DNA of 20,724 bases from Promethearchaeota archaeon (GTDB lineage: Archaea > Asgardarchaeota > Heimdallarchaeia > Hodarchaeales > Hodarchaeaceae). A program made the position numbers and the translations under genes. The stretch lies in assembly GCA_048938105.1 (NCBI GenBank), contig JBHLMN010000035.1:1-20724 (forward strand), given 5' to 3'. The stretch's first letter is position 1. Each line of letters opens with the position of its first letter. This document shows, in pieces, positions 7,981 to 17,234 of the stretch. The notes under the pieces are model-generated. The model did no database searches. It was not told where the DNA came from and worked only from the letters and a program-made list of their open reading frames with translations.

Positions 7981-8802
7981 TTGGATTTGCCAATAAACTA
8001 TCGAATTGCCATTCAAACAGATGATATGCGATTTTATCACAAATTATCCAAGTTATTTGAGGGTTCACCTTTAAAAGCTAAATTTTTTGTGAAAAGTCAG
8101 TCCATTCCTCCTCAAAAGTACGATCTGATTATCACAACACAAGAGTCGATGAATCACATAAGCAATTCTACAATTCTACAGCTCAGTTTAGAAGAGATTC
8201 AACCATATCTCGTTGCCCAAATAATTGGGATTATTGCAAGAAAAAAAGAACCAAAATTTAAAGTATTAATCGTGGGAGTTGACCCTGGTAAACACATAGG
8301 ATTGGCAGCAATTTGTGATGGAATGATTTTAGCCGCAGAAACGAGTAGGTTGCCTCAATTAACTCAGAAAATAGAGAAATACCTAATCTTATTTCCTAGT
8401 GAACAAGTAGTTATTCGTATCGGGGATCAACCTACTTCGGTATCAAAAGTAGTTTTTAACAAACTTTTTGCTGTTTTTGGAAATCAAAAAAACATTAAAC
8501 TCGAGATAGTGCAAGAAGCTTATTCAAGCTCCAGAAGAACACCACTAGATATATCATTTGGTTCTAATGAAACAGCTGCAATTACTATTGCCCATCGCTC
8601 TGGAAGAGTGAAAAATCACCTGGTAAGAAGTTCCGTACCAATTGGTAGAATAAAGGAAATCCAAAAATGGAGTCGAAATTTATCAAATAATCGAATTACT
8701 TTAGATGCAGAACTAGCACAATCTGTAGCATTAGGAGACATTTCCATAGAAGAAGCAATAAAGCAAAAAGAAAGGCAATTAGAGGCCAGAAAGAATGAAT
8801 AA
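7981..8802 (+). CDS. RNase H-fold YqgF/RuvX-like nuclease-domain protein
   Basis: VGVDPGKHIGLA, IRIGDQP, QEAYSS and NETAAITIA parallel the four YqgF-family motifs. It has extra N- and C-terminal domains. Confidence 0.65.
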   Translation: MDLPINYRIAIQTDDMRFYHKLSKLFEGSPLKAKFFVKSQSIPPQKYDLIITTQESMNHISNSTILQLSLEEIQPYLVAQIIGIIARKKEPKFKVLIVGVDPGKHIGLAAICDGMILAAETSRLPQLTQKIEKYLILFPSEQVVIRIGDQPTSVSKVVFNKLFAVFGNQKNIKLEIVQEAYSSSRRTPLDISFGSNETAAITIAHRSGRVKNHLVRSSVPIGRIKEIQKWSRNLSNNRITLDAELAQSVALGDISIEEAIKQKERQLEARKNE

Positions 8803-9319
8803 AGACCGGGGACTTTTTGTAGGAAGGTTTAATCCGTTCCACAAGGGTCATCTGAAGGCTGTTCAACATATTTTAGAACAAGAAGAAGAAATAATAATTG
8901 CAATCGGTAGTACTCAACAGTCTCACACTGTTTCTGATCCGTTCACCGCTGGTGAGAGACTTCTAATGATTCGTGCAGCAATGAATGAAGCAGGTATTCA
9001 GCTGGAACGGGTTTATATGGTTACAATTCCTGATATACATCGAAACTCTGTGTGGGTGAGTCATTTACGCAGCTATTGCCCCCCCTTTACACGAGTGTAT
9101 ACAAATAATAGTCTTACTCGCCGATTGTTTACGGAAGCAGGAATGGAGGTAAGATCCACAGGGCCTTTTAATCGTATTGACTATAAAGGCGCTCAGATTC
9201 GGAAACACATGGCTGAAGGAACCAAATGGCATCATATGGTCCCAAGAGCAGTATGGAATGTTATCGAATCTATAGATGGATTAAATCGTTTACAGGATAT
9301 TATCCATGAATCAGACTAA
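8795..9319 (+). CDS. nadM: Nicotinamide-nucleotide adenylyltransferase
   Basis: RGLFVGRFNPFHKGH (HxGH), GSTQQSH, PFTAGER and NSVWVSH, typical of archaeal NMNAT. Overlaps the upstream gene by 8 nt. Confidence 0.95.
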   Translation: MNKDRGLFVGRFNPFHKGHLKAVQHILEQEEEIIIAIGSTQQSHTVSDPFTAGERLLMIRAAMNEAGIQLERVYMVTIPDIHRNSVWVSHLRSYCPPFTRVYTNNSLTRRLFTEAGMEVRSTGPFNRIDYKGAQIRKHMAEGTKWHHMVPRAVWNVIESIDGLNRLQDIIHESD

Positions 9320-9321
9320 AA

Positions 9322-10464
9322 GTGTTTTTTAAAGTTATTCTAAATCTCGGATGTCTGTTTATGCCATCTACAAATCCTTTTCGTTCTATTATTCCTATCC
9401 CAAGAGCAAATAAGCTTTTTTTGATGGCACAAAACAATGTTATGAGGACATCAATTAGAGGAACATCTGAAAGTGTTTCTCCTCTACAACGGATTCGAAA
9501 AAAAGAGGCTACACGTATTGAACTGTTATCCAAGGAGTTACGAAATCGTTTATTCCGAATTGTAGAAGATTTCCCTCGCATGGATGCAGAGATTATTACT
9601 GAATTCTATGTAGAAATCCTAGATCTTAGCTTTGGATTAGATAAAATACGAAAAACTTTAGGATCTTTCTCTGGTGCCGCTGATGTTATTTGGAAGATTA
9701 AACGTGAGCACCTTGGTGATGTTTGGAATGCTAGATCAGTTTTAGCTGCTAAAACCATTCGTAGAGCGGCTTTTGGGAGAATGAAATCTGTAATTATTAA
9801 ATTAGACTCACGATTAGAATTTATAGAAGGCGTAAGAGCTCGTATGCGTGGAATGCCTGGAATTGATTTGGATCAACCAACAATATGTATTGCAGGATAT
9901 CCAAATGTTGGAAAAAGCTCTTTAGTAAATGCAGTAACGTCTGCAACTCCTGAAATAGGAGCTTATCCTTTTACTACTAAGGAAGTAACCCTGGGTCACT
10001 TAAAAATCCCTATTTTTGCATCACACGTATCAGAACGGCCAATTAGTCATATTTCGTGTCAAATCGTTGATACTCCAGGAATTTTAGATAGATCATTAAC
10101 AGAAATGAAAGAGATCGAATTGCGAGCTATAGCGGCTATAAAAACTTTAGCAACAGCTATAGTCTTTATTTTTGATTTCACCCAAGAAGATTCCCTTATC
10201 TCCCAAATAAATCTTCTAAATCAGGTTTCTCGGAATTTTCAAGAAGTTCCTCTTCTCTTAATTTGTGGGAAAGAAGATTTACTCGATGAAAATCAAAAGA
10301 AGCAACTTCAAACATTCTGGGAACAGAAATTTCCAAATAAAGCCTTATATTTGTTGTCAATGAATCAAAATGAGGAAATTACCCAACTTCTGATCACTTT
10401 TTTTGAAGAGAACAAGTCACAAATTCAACAAATTATGAAGAAAAGAAGAATTGGAGAAATCTAA
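9322..10464 (+). CDS. nog1: NOG1-family (Obg-like) ribosome biogenesis GTPase; start probably ATG 9361
   Basis: N-terminal helical NOG1 domain (RRAAFGRM), G1 GYPNVGKSS, G2 YPFTTK, G3 DTPGILDR and IELRAIAA. Confidence 0.92.
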   Translation: MFFKVILNLGCLFMPSTNPFRSIIPIPRANKLFLMAQNNVMRTSIRGTSESVSPLQRIRKKEATRIELLSKELRNRLFRIVEDFPRMDAEIITEFYVEILDLSFGLDKIRKTLGSFSGAADVIWKIKREHLGDVWNARSVLAAKTIRRAAFGRMKSVIIKLDSRLEFIEGVRARMRGMPGIDLDQPTICIAGYPNVGKSSLVNAVTSATPEIGAYPFTTKEVTLGHLKIPIFASHVSERPISHISCQIVDTPGILDRSLTEMKEIELRAIAAIKTLATAIVFIFDFTQEDSLISQINLLNQVSRNFQEVPLLLICGKEDLLDENQKKQLQTFWEQKFPNKALYLLSMNQNEEITQLLITFFEENKSQIQQIMKKRRIGEI

Positions 10465-11300
10465 TGCAGAAGTACGCAATTTGTTTAAGCTACTTACCTA
10501 TGTTAGATTATTCAGGATTTAATGGTCAACTACATGATCCTCAAAACATATTAACACTTGTAATTTCAGCATTCAAAAATGCACGACTAGTTGATTCCTT
10601 TTTTGCTTCAAGAATACGTTTTGCCAGTCGTACTGATCGTGGAGTAGGAGCATTAAGCCAGATTATATCATTTGATTCCAAACAAGTTCCAATATTATCC
10701 GAGATTAACTCATATCTACCTGAATCGATTCGAGCCCTAGGAGTTGCTAGTGTATCTTCTGATTTTCATCCAAGACGAGACGCCATTCTACGTACATACT
10801 CCTACTTCTTGACTACTAGTAAAGATTTTAATTATCCTCTTGCCCGTAGAACTCTAACAATGTTGATAGGAAAACACGATTTTCGTAATTTTGCAAAACG
10901 AGATAATAAGAAAGAAAAAGGAACATTTAAAACAATTGAAGTGGCTGAAATCGTATCACTAGGTGATAGTTCCTACCAAATTCGAGTATCAAGCAAGTCG
11001 TTCCTTTGGGAGATGGTACGAAGAATTGTTGGTCATTTAATTGAATTAAATAATGGTAAATGTGATTCAGAATATACTACTTATCTTCTAGACTCAAAGA
11101 TAGTTAAATTTAAACCCAAAGCTGCCCCACCTGAGAATCTAGTATTAGAAAGCGTTCATTATAAGGATGTACAGTTTCAATATGATCAAAAAAGTCTTCG
11201 AACATTCCGACATACCTTGAAAGAACATTTAATGTCAGCTAAAGCGAAATCAGCATTATTTGAATTCATTACTACTCATGTACAAGAGAAACTGGGTTGA
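10464..11300 (+). CDS. truA: tRNA pseudouridine(38-40) synthase
   Basis: ASRTDRGV with the catalytic Asp, FHPR, RTYSY, GKHDFRNF, SFLWEMVRRIVG and APPENLVL. Start and upstream stop overlap (TAATG). Confidence 0.92.
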   Translation: MQKYAICLSYLPMLDYSGFNGQLHDPQNILTLVISAFKNARLVDSFFASRIRFASRTDRGVGALSQIISFDSKQVPILSEINSYLPESIRALGVASVSSDFHPRRDAILRTYSYFLTTSKDFNYPLARRTLTMLIGKHDFRNFAKRDNKKEKGTFKTIEVAEIVSLGDSSYQIRVSSKSFLWEMVRRIVGHLIELNNGKCDSEYTTYLLDSKIVKFKPKAAPPENLVLESVHYKDVQFQYDQKSLRTFRHTLKEHLMSAKAKSALFEFITTHVQEKLG

Positions 11301-11560
11301 AGTGGATTCATAAACGCTTGTATATGTTCTCACATATATGATTAAATAATAAACGGGAAGGAAGTATGAATTATTGTCTTTTAGAAGAGTAGCTCTTCAA
11401 AGTGTTTCTATCAAGGTGTCTCATGGGAAGAAGTATAAGTGATGAGTTGCTGAGATTTAGATAGAGATTTGTGTAATTGGTCAAGTCCAGATATAGGTTT
11501 TACGAATCAAACGGTATTATTTTAAAGGCTCATAAATTCCAAACTGGAATGACCGCTAAG

Positions 11561-12904
11561 TTATGTTCCAACACGCCAGCTTGAAATATACTCCTCCTGT
11601 TCAGGAGTTAATACATCAAGTTCAATACCTAAAGCCTCACACTTTAACGTAGCAACTCTGTTATCAATCGCAACAGGAATTTGAATGACTCTTCCACCAA
11701 GTTTTTTCATCTCATTTTTATGTTTAACAATATATTCACTGGCTAAAGCTTGCAAGGCAAACGAAGAATCCATTATCTCACTTGGATGCCCTTCTGCTGC
11801 TGCAAGATTAATTAACCTACCTTCACCTAAAAGATTGATTCTTCGGCCATCACTGAGAAAATATTGATCTACAAATGGACGGATTCGAACTTTACTTGTA
11901 GCTAAAGCGTCTAGATCAATAATATTAACTTCTATATTGAAATGACCAGTATTACAAACTGTACAATTGTCCTTCATTACTTCGAAGTGCTCTTTTCGGA
12001 CAACATCCTTACACCCCGTAGCAGTGATGATAATATCAGCTATCTTTGCTGCTTCGATCATGGGCATCACTTCCATGCCTTCCATGACGGCTTGTAGAGC
12101 TGCATGCGGTTCAATTTCCGTGATGACCACCCGTCTTGCCCCCATACCTTTCGCACGCATGGCGACTCCTTTTCCACAATGACCATACCCAGCAATTACA
12201 AATACCTTAGAAGCAATTAGATCTGCAGTCGCTCTTAGAATTCCATCAATACTCGATTGACCAGTGCCATAAACATTATCAAATAAGTTTTTACTTGGAG
12301 AGGAGTTAGTTGCCATAATGGGATAAAGTAGAGCCCCATCATCTGCCATTGCTTGGAGACGGATAATTCCTGTAGTGGTTTCTTCTGCTCCACCCCAAAC
12401 GCTATCAATGATATCAGTTTCGTCATTAATAACCTTTTTAACGATCTCAATTTCTTCACCAGATTCCCCTCGTTTCAATTTATGAAGAATTGAGACCAAA
12501 TCTGCGCCATCGTCGATTGTAATATGTGGTCGGGAATTAATTACATTTCCAATAGCTCGATAGTAACCTTCTGTATCCATAAATTTCCAAGCATATACAT
12601 GAACCCCTTTTGAAACAAGTGCTGCAGTGATCTCATCTTGTGACGATAACGGATTTGATGCACAGAGATAGACTTCTGCTCCACCTGCTAACCAGGCTTC
12701 ACATAATTGTGAGGTTTCTTTCGTGACATGGAGACATGCTCCAATTCGTACGCCTTTAAACGGTTTTTCATCTTCAAATCGCTTTTTAATAAGTTGAAGA
12801 ACTGGCATTCTACTTGCTGCCCATTCCATAGTTCTTAATCCTTCTTCTTTCAAGGAAAGATCCTTTATTTCATAATTTTCTCCTGTTTCTGTTTTAATTG
12901 TCAA
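11561..12904 (-). CDS. ahcY: Adenosylhomocysteinase (SAH hydrolase)
   Basis: GACLHVT, SNPLSSQD, DDGAD, EETTTG, FDNVYGTGQS, GYGHCGKG, GHFNIE and EGRLINLAAAEGHP. Start reassigned to TTG 12904 because a strong SD lies just upstream. Confidence 0.97.
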   Translation of the reverse strand: MTIKTETGENYEIKDLSLKEEGLRTMEWAASRMPVLQLIKKRFEDEKPFKGVRIGACLHVTKETSQLCEAWLAGGAEVYLCASNPLSSQDEITAALVSKGVHVYAWKFMDTEGYYRAIGNVINSRPHITIDDGADLVSILHKLKRGESGEEIEIVKKVINDETDIIDSVWGGAEETTTGIIRLQAMADDGALLYPIMATNSSPSKNLFDNVYGTGQSSIDGILRATADLIASKVFVIAGYGHCGKGVAMRAKGMGARRVVITEIEPHAALQAVMEGMEVMPMIEAAKIADIIITATGCKDVVRKEHFEVMKDNCTVCNTGHFNIEVNIIDLDALATSKVRIRPFVDQYFLSDGRRINLLGEGRLINLAAAEGHPSEIMDSSFALQALASEYIVKHKNEMKKLGGRVIQIPVAIDNRVATLKCEALGIELDVLTPEQEEYISSWRVGT

Positions 12905-12910
12905 AATAAA

Positions 12911-12918
12911 ACCTCCTC
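12911..12918 (-). promoter_or_regulatory. Shine-Dalgarno sequence of ahcY
   Basis: Minus strand GAGGAGGT, 6 nt upstream of TTG 12904. Confidence 0.7.
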
Positions 12919-13051
12919 TTACCAAATATTCTGAGATATTTCTTCAAGTTCTATAATAAGAATTTTCGTTTAATACATATTGGCCTGAAAAAATGTTATA
13001 AAATCAATATAATATATAAATATAAACTAAAAACAAATCATATCTTACCAG

Positions 13052-13978
13052 GTGAGTTCTTTGAAAAATCAGAAATCCGACGAAATCATCGAAAAAATCT
13101 TGTATGCTTTAAGCAACAGACGACTTTCTTCGCTTAGGGGTCTTGCTGCCGAAATTGGGATTTCTTCAACATGGTTACGAAAACAAATACTGATTATGAG
13201 AAAAAATGGCTTAATAAAATCATGGCAGCTTGTGCTAAATCCTTTGTCACACCAACAGCGCATTTTCTTTCTCCTTTTAAAAACAAATCCAAATGAACCA
13301 CTAGTAGTAAATGAATTATTAAATAACTACAATCAGAACTCGTTGAGTACTTTAGAGGGAATCACAGGAGATTTCTCATTGATTTGCCGTTTTCATTTTC
13401 CAAATGCTACAAAATTTCTAAACTCACTAGATCATCTTTACGAACTTATTGGTGAGACTGGTTTTCAAAAATATCAGATGATTGAAGTTATTAAAGTTCA
13501 CAAAGAACAAGGATTCCGTGTTACGACGCCAAAAAGAAAATTAAAATCTGATGAATTGAAAATATTACTCGAAATTCAGAAGTTAGGAGATACATATGAT
13601 TTTCCACCTTCTACTTACAAAATAGCTAAAAATCTCAACGATAATCAACCTGCGATTTATCGGAAATTGATAAAATGGAAGAACGAGAACTTTATCCTTG
13701 GTTACTCTGTATATACACCTTACTGGCAGAGAAAATACATCCATGCATACATCCAAGTTAAGGCACCCTTAGGAAAATATAAAATAACAACTGACTTTTG
13801 TATCTCAGATAACCGAGTAAGAAATATTTATCGGACAAACCAAGAGTACTCCCTTTTGTTAAGGACTCGACACCATAATCTTTCTGATTTGAACAATTTT
13901 CTGAAGATACTCTATCAAAAAGCCGAAGTTGAGGATACTCTTACAATGATTGTATTAGATTTTTTACGAAGTAATTAA
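13052..13978 (+). CDS. Tandem Lrp/AsnC-family transcriptional regulator (two wHTH-RAM modules)
   Basis: HTH1 KIL..L..SLRGLAAEIGIS..KNGLIK with RAM GITGDFSL; HTH2 KIL..STYKIAKNL..IYRKL..ENFI with RAM YRTNQEYSLL..VEDTLT. Divergent from ahcY. Confidence 0.85.
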   Translation: MSSLKNQKSDEIIEKILYALSNRRLSSLRGLAAEIGISSTWLRKQILIMRKNGLIKSWQLVLNPLSHQQRIFFLLLKTNPNEPLVVNELLNNYNQNSLSTLEGITGDFSLICRFHFPNATKFLNSLDHLYELIGETGFQKYQMIEVIKVHKEQGFRVTTPKRKLKSDELKILLEIQKLGDTYDFPPSTYKIAKNLNDNQPAIYRKLIKWKNENFILGYSVYTPYWQRKYIHAYIQVKAPLGKYKITTDFCISDNRVRNIYRTNQEYSLLLRTRHHNLSDLNNFLKILYQKAEVEDTLTMIVLDFLRSN

Positions 13979-14020
13979 CAAATTCAGCTAAGATGTAGTC
14001 CATCCGCCCAAATTCACTAA

Positions 14021-14746
14021 TTATTTCCTTGTTTTTATGAGATATAAAGGCCCAAATACCGTGTAAAGTATTGCAATGAACAGAATAGCGCTAAGTGTTC
14101 CATAAAAAGGGAAAAAAACGAAAGTTAGTACAACCACTCCTGCTATACCAATCGCAACCATGTCAGGTGTTTTTCCTCGTTTCGGAGTTGGATAATTTAC
14201 TGTTAATATCATTAAGATACTGATTAATACGGTTATCAAGGTAAGGGGAAGGCCATTTACCCAAAAAAACCAGTGCATTTCCTGTTGAGTGGCTAGAAGT
14301 GCACTAGAGCCAACAAAAAGCGCAGCCGCAGGAGAAGGAAGACCATCAAAATGAATTTCTGTTGGATGTGTTGCAAAACGGATTAAACGTACCCACCCAC
14401 AAAAAGAATAGAATCCTGCAATTATTAATGATAAGATGGAACTATATTCGGTAATATCATTTCCAATTAACGGTGAATTAAGTAACATAATACCAGGAAG
14501 AATGGCAAAAGTAATGACATCTCCAATTGAATCACAATATGCTCCTACTGTAGAGCTGATTGGAGCCATTTTTGCGACTCTTCCATCAAGAAAGTCAAAA
14601 ATCGCACCAAAAATCAGTAGTTGCATTGCAAGGTAAGGAAGGTCTTTAGGAAAATAAACAGATACAATGATTCCGCCAATACCACATAGAGCATTCAAAG
14701 CGGTTAATAAGAACGCTAAAAGAGTATATTTATTGAATGATGACAC
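14021..14746 (-). CDS. pssA: CDP-alcohol phosphatidyltransferase, archaetidylserine/phosphatidylserine synthase
   Basis: DFLDGRVAK...GAYCDSIGDVITF signature, RLIRF and FDGLPSPAA. Multiple TM helices; adjacent to psd. Confidence 0.9.
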   Translation of the reverse strand: MSSFNKYTLLAFLLTALNALCGIGGIIVSVYFPKDLPYLAMQLLIFGAIFDFLDGRVAKMAPISSTVGAYCDSIGDVITFAILPGIMLLNSPLIGNDITEYSSILSLIIAGFYSFCGWVRLIRFATHPTEIHFDGLPSPAAALFVGSSALLATQQEMHWFFWVNGLPLTLITVLISILMILTVNYPTPKRGKTPDMVAIGIAGVVVLTFVFFPFYGTLSAILFIAILYTVFGPLYLIKTRK

Positions 14747-14756
14747 ACTTCACACC

Positions 14757-15413
14757 TTACAAAAGGGTCTTAGGTAAATCTTTCAGTCTTGCTATTGGCG
14801 TTTTGCCAGCTATCATTTTACTTTTCTTTTGAACTAAAATTTCATATTTCTCCGGGGGAAAATGAACATCGACTTCACTACCATAATAAATCATTCCAAG
14901 TCGTTCACCTTGCTGAATTTGATCACCAAGTGAAACATAACTTGTGCAGCGCCGAGCAAAGATCCCCACAATTTGAATAACAAGAAATTCCCCTATTGAA
15001 TTCACAATGCGAATTATTTGACGGGTATTTTCCTCCGTTCCTCTTCTAATGAATGAAACGAAAGGCCAATGTTTTCCTTTTTGTCTGTTAATGTCTTTAA
15101 TGTTCCCCGAGATGGGACTTCGAGTAACATGAACATCGAATAGAGACATCCGAATCCTAATGATTCCTTTAGCAGAAATAACTTCGTATACTTTTCCATC
15201 TGCAGGAGCTAGTATTAATCGGGGATCACTGTTAATCTTTCGATCGGGATCCCTGAAGAAAAAGAGATGGCCACATATTCCCAAGAACAGAATAGGAACA
15301 AAAAATGTTAAAAAAGGAAAAACTAGGCTGTAAAACAGAAAAACTAGGAAAAGTGTCACCAGTGCTAAGGTTATATTCTCATGGCCAGGAGCTAAAGACA
15401 CTATAGGTGTCAT
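14757..15413 (-). CDS. psd: Archaetidylserine/phosphatidylserine decarboxylase proenzyme
   Basis: FFFRDPDR, APADGKV, MSLFDVHVTRSP, GERLGMI and the YGSEVD self-cleavage (GS pyruvoyl) site. N-terminal membrane anchor. Confidence 0.92.
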   Translation of the reverse strand: MTPIVSLAPGHENITLALVTLFLVFLFYSLVFPFLTFFVPILFLGICGHLFFFRDPDRKINSDPRLILAPADGKVYEVISAKGIIRIRMSLFDVHVTRSPISGNIKDINRQKGKHWPFVSFIRRGTEENTRQIIRIVNSIGEFLVIQIVGIFARRCTSYVSLGDQIQQGERLGMIYYGSEVDVHFPPEKYEILVQKKSKMIAGKTPIARLKDLPKTLL

Positions 15414-15416
15414 ATA

Positions 15417-17210
15417 TCACGCAATCCCAAAATTACTTGGTTTCATCTCATTTTGAATAAAACTTAAGCATCTTTCATATAATCCATTGAATTCCTCATC
15501 AAAAGCCCATTTTAGACTAGCAATATCAGATAAAACGGATAGAGAAGTCATTTTTTCAAGAGGAACTCCTGCATTATGGTTTTCACGCATTTTATGATAA
15601 AATTGCATAATTATGTAAAGCATTTTGTACTGCTTATCTAAGGCACAATAAGAGTCATCCGAATAAGCGCTTTGCTGGAGAAAATCTTCACGAATCATTT
15701 TAGCAGCCTGAAGGATAATTTTCTCCGATTCAGGCAATGCATCGGGACCTATCAGTTGGACAATCTCTTGTAATTCTTTTTCTTTCTGAAGAAGTGCCAT
15801 TGCTTCTTCTCTCCGCCTATTAAAGTCTGGTGCAATGTTTTCATGATACCAATCAGCTAACGAATCAATATAAAGACTATAACTCTCCAACCAAGAGATA
15901 GCTGGAAAATGTCTAGAACGTGCTAATGGGTAGCTTAATGCCCAGAAAACCCTTACTGTTTTTAGGGTGTTTTGAGTCACTGGCTCTGAAAAATCTCCTC
16001 CCCCAGGAGAAACTGCTCCGATAGCGGATATACTTGCCTTATGACCAGAAAGTGTTTCAATTCTTCCCGCTCGCTCATAAAATTCTGCTATTCTGGACGC
16101 TAGATAAGCTGGATAACCTTCTTCGCCAGGCATTTCCTCCAAGCGACCCGAAATTTCACGTAAAGCTTCAGCCCAACGGCTTGTTGAGTCCGCCATTAAT
16201 GCAACATCATACCCCATATCGCGGTAATATTCAGCAATAGTAATTCCCAAGTATATAGATGCTTCTCGTGCCGCAACAGGCATATTAGAGGTATTTGCAA
16301 TAAGAACAGTGCGTTGCATTAGCTTTTCCCCCGATCGGGGGTCTTCCAAATCAGGGAAATCCTTCAAAACCTCAGCCATTTCGTTACCACGTTCCCCACA
16401 ACCGACATAAACAACTACAGTTGCATCAGACCATTTTGCTAGTTGGTGCTGAGACACGGTTTTTCCTGTCCCAAAACCTCCTGGTATTGCAGCCGCTCCT
16501 CCTTTAGCAATTGGAAAAAAAGTATCATATATACGTTGGCCCGTGATTAGAGGGATATTTGCTTCCAATTTTCTCCTAAATGGACGTGGGTTTCTAACTG
16601 GCCATGTTTGCTTCATTATTAGTGGTAGAGCAAAAGGGTACTGTCCTTCCAAATCAATTTGAGCTATTGTTTCTGATATCGAATATTGTCCTGGAGCGGC
16701 AATTCCAGTAACTTTTGCTGCATTAATATCAGGTGGAATCATGATTTTGTGAGTAACCATTCTAGATTCCTGTACCTCTCCAATATGCGAACCTCCATTG
16801 ACCGTATCTCCTTTAGCTACTAATGGCTTAAAATCCCATTTCTTATCCAGATCTAATGGAGCGGATGTAAGACCACGAGTAATAAAATCACCTTCTTCTA
16901 ATTGGAGAGCTGGTAAAGGTCGCTGAATACCATCATAAATTCGGGTTATTAACCCTGGACCAAGTTCAACACTAAGAGGTTTCCCCGTCGCTATAGCTTC
17001 CTCTCTAGGTTTTAAACCAGTAGTTTCTTCATAAACTTGAACCGTAGAAATGTGTCGATTTCCAGATTGATTAATTCGGATAATCTCTCCGATTAACTGT
17101 TCTTCACCGACCCTAACGATTTCATAAAGTTGAGCACGATTCATGCCACTAATTTCCACTACAGGGCCAGAAATTCTTACAATTTTACCTATTTGGACAT
17201 CCAATGTCAA
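15417..17210 (-). CDS. atpA: A/V-type ATP synthase catalytic subunit A
   Basis: QVYEET, LSVELGPG, DGIQRPL, P-loop GGFGTGKT, GCGERGNEM, NTSNMPVAAREAS, DSTSRWAEALRE and EEGYPAYL. No intein. Confidence 0.97.
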   Translation of the reverse strand: MTLDVQIGKIVRISGPVVEISGMNRAQLYEIVRVGEEQLIGEIIRINQSGNRHISTVQVYEETTGLKPREEAIATGKPLSVELGPGLITRIYDGIQRPLPALQLEEGDFITRGLTSAPLDLDKKWDFKPLVAKGDTVNGGSHIGEVQESRMVTHKIMIPPDINAAKVTGIAAPGQYSISETIAQIDLEGQYPFALPLIMKQTWPVRNPRPFRRKLEANIPLITGQRIYDTFFPIAKGGAAAIPGGFGTGKTVSQHQLAKWSDATVVVYVGCGERGNEMAEVLKDFPDLEDPRSGEKLMQRTVLIANTSNMPVAAREASIYLGITIAEYYRDMGYDVALMADSTSRWAEALREISGRLEEMPGEEGYPAYLASRIAEFYERAGRIETLSGHKASISAIGAVSPGGGDFSEPVTQNTLKTVRVFWALSYPLARSRHFPAISWLESYSLYIDSLADWYHENIAPDFNRRREEAMALLQKEKELQEIVQLIGPDALPESEKIILQAAKMIREDFLQQSAYSDDSYCALDKQYKMLYIIMQFYHKMRENHNAGVPLEKMTSLSVLSDIASLKWAFDEEFNGLYERCLSFIQNEMKPSNFGIA

Positions 17211-17226
17211 GACAGAATCCTTCTGA

Positions 17227-17234
17227 TTTAATAA
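17227..17234 (-). promoter_or_regulatory. Putative TATA box of the atpA-psd-pssA operon
   Basis: Minus strand TTATTAAA, 17-24 nt upstream of TTG 17210. Confidence 0.35.

Noticed and set aside
11355-11436. Repeat GGGAAG(G)AAGTAT x2 and hairpin GAAGAG-TAG-CTCTTC as a CRISPR or mobile-element remnant
   Set aside because: Only two short imperfect copies, with no regular repeat-spacer periodicity and no cas genes.
11439-11453. Box C (GTGATGA) and box D (CTGA) as a C/D sRNA
   Set aside because: Only 4 nt separate the boxes; there is no guide region, D'/C' pair or terminal stem.
12905-13051. SAH riboswitch upstream of ahcY
   Set aside because: The region is very AT-rich with no recognisable stems or consensus; it looks like a divergent promoter.
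13052-13978. Tandem Lrp-like protein as siroheme decarboxylase (AhbAB/NirDL)
   Set aside because: The HxYxR-type motifs of that family are not evident, and no heme biosynthesis genes are nearby.
527-16240. Short ORFs inside or overlapping longer genes (527-766, 2252-2494, 2482-2739, 3094-3309, 3436-3627, 4755-4949, 5293-5637, 6135-6395, 6516-6743, 9300-9581, 11685-11867, 11967-12182, 12235-12459, 13069-13263, 14436-14636, 14789-14980, 15014-15199, 16034-16240)
   Set aside because: Antisense or alternate-frame shadows of well-supported genes, with no recognisable motifs.
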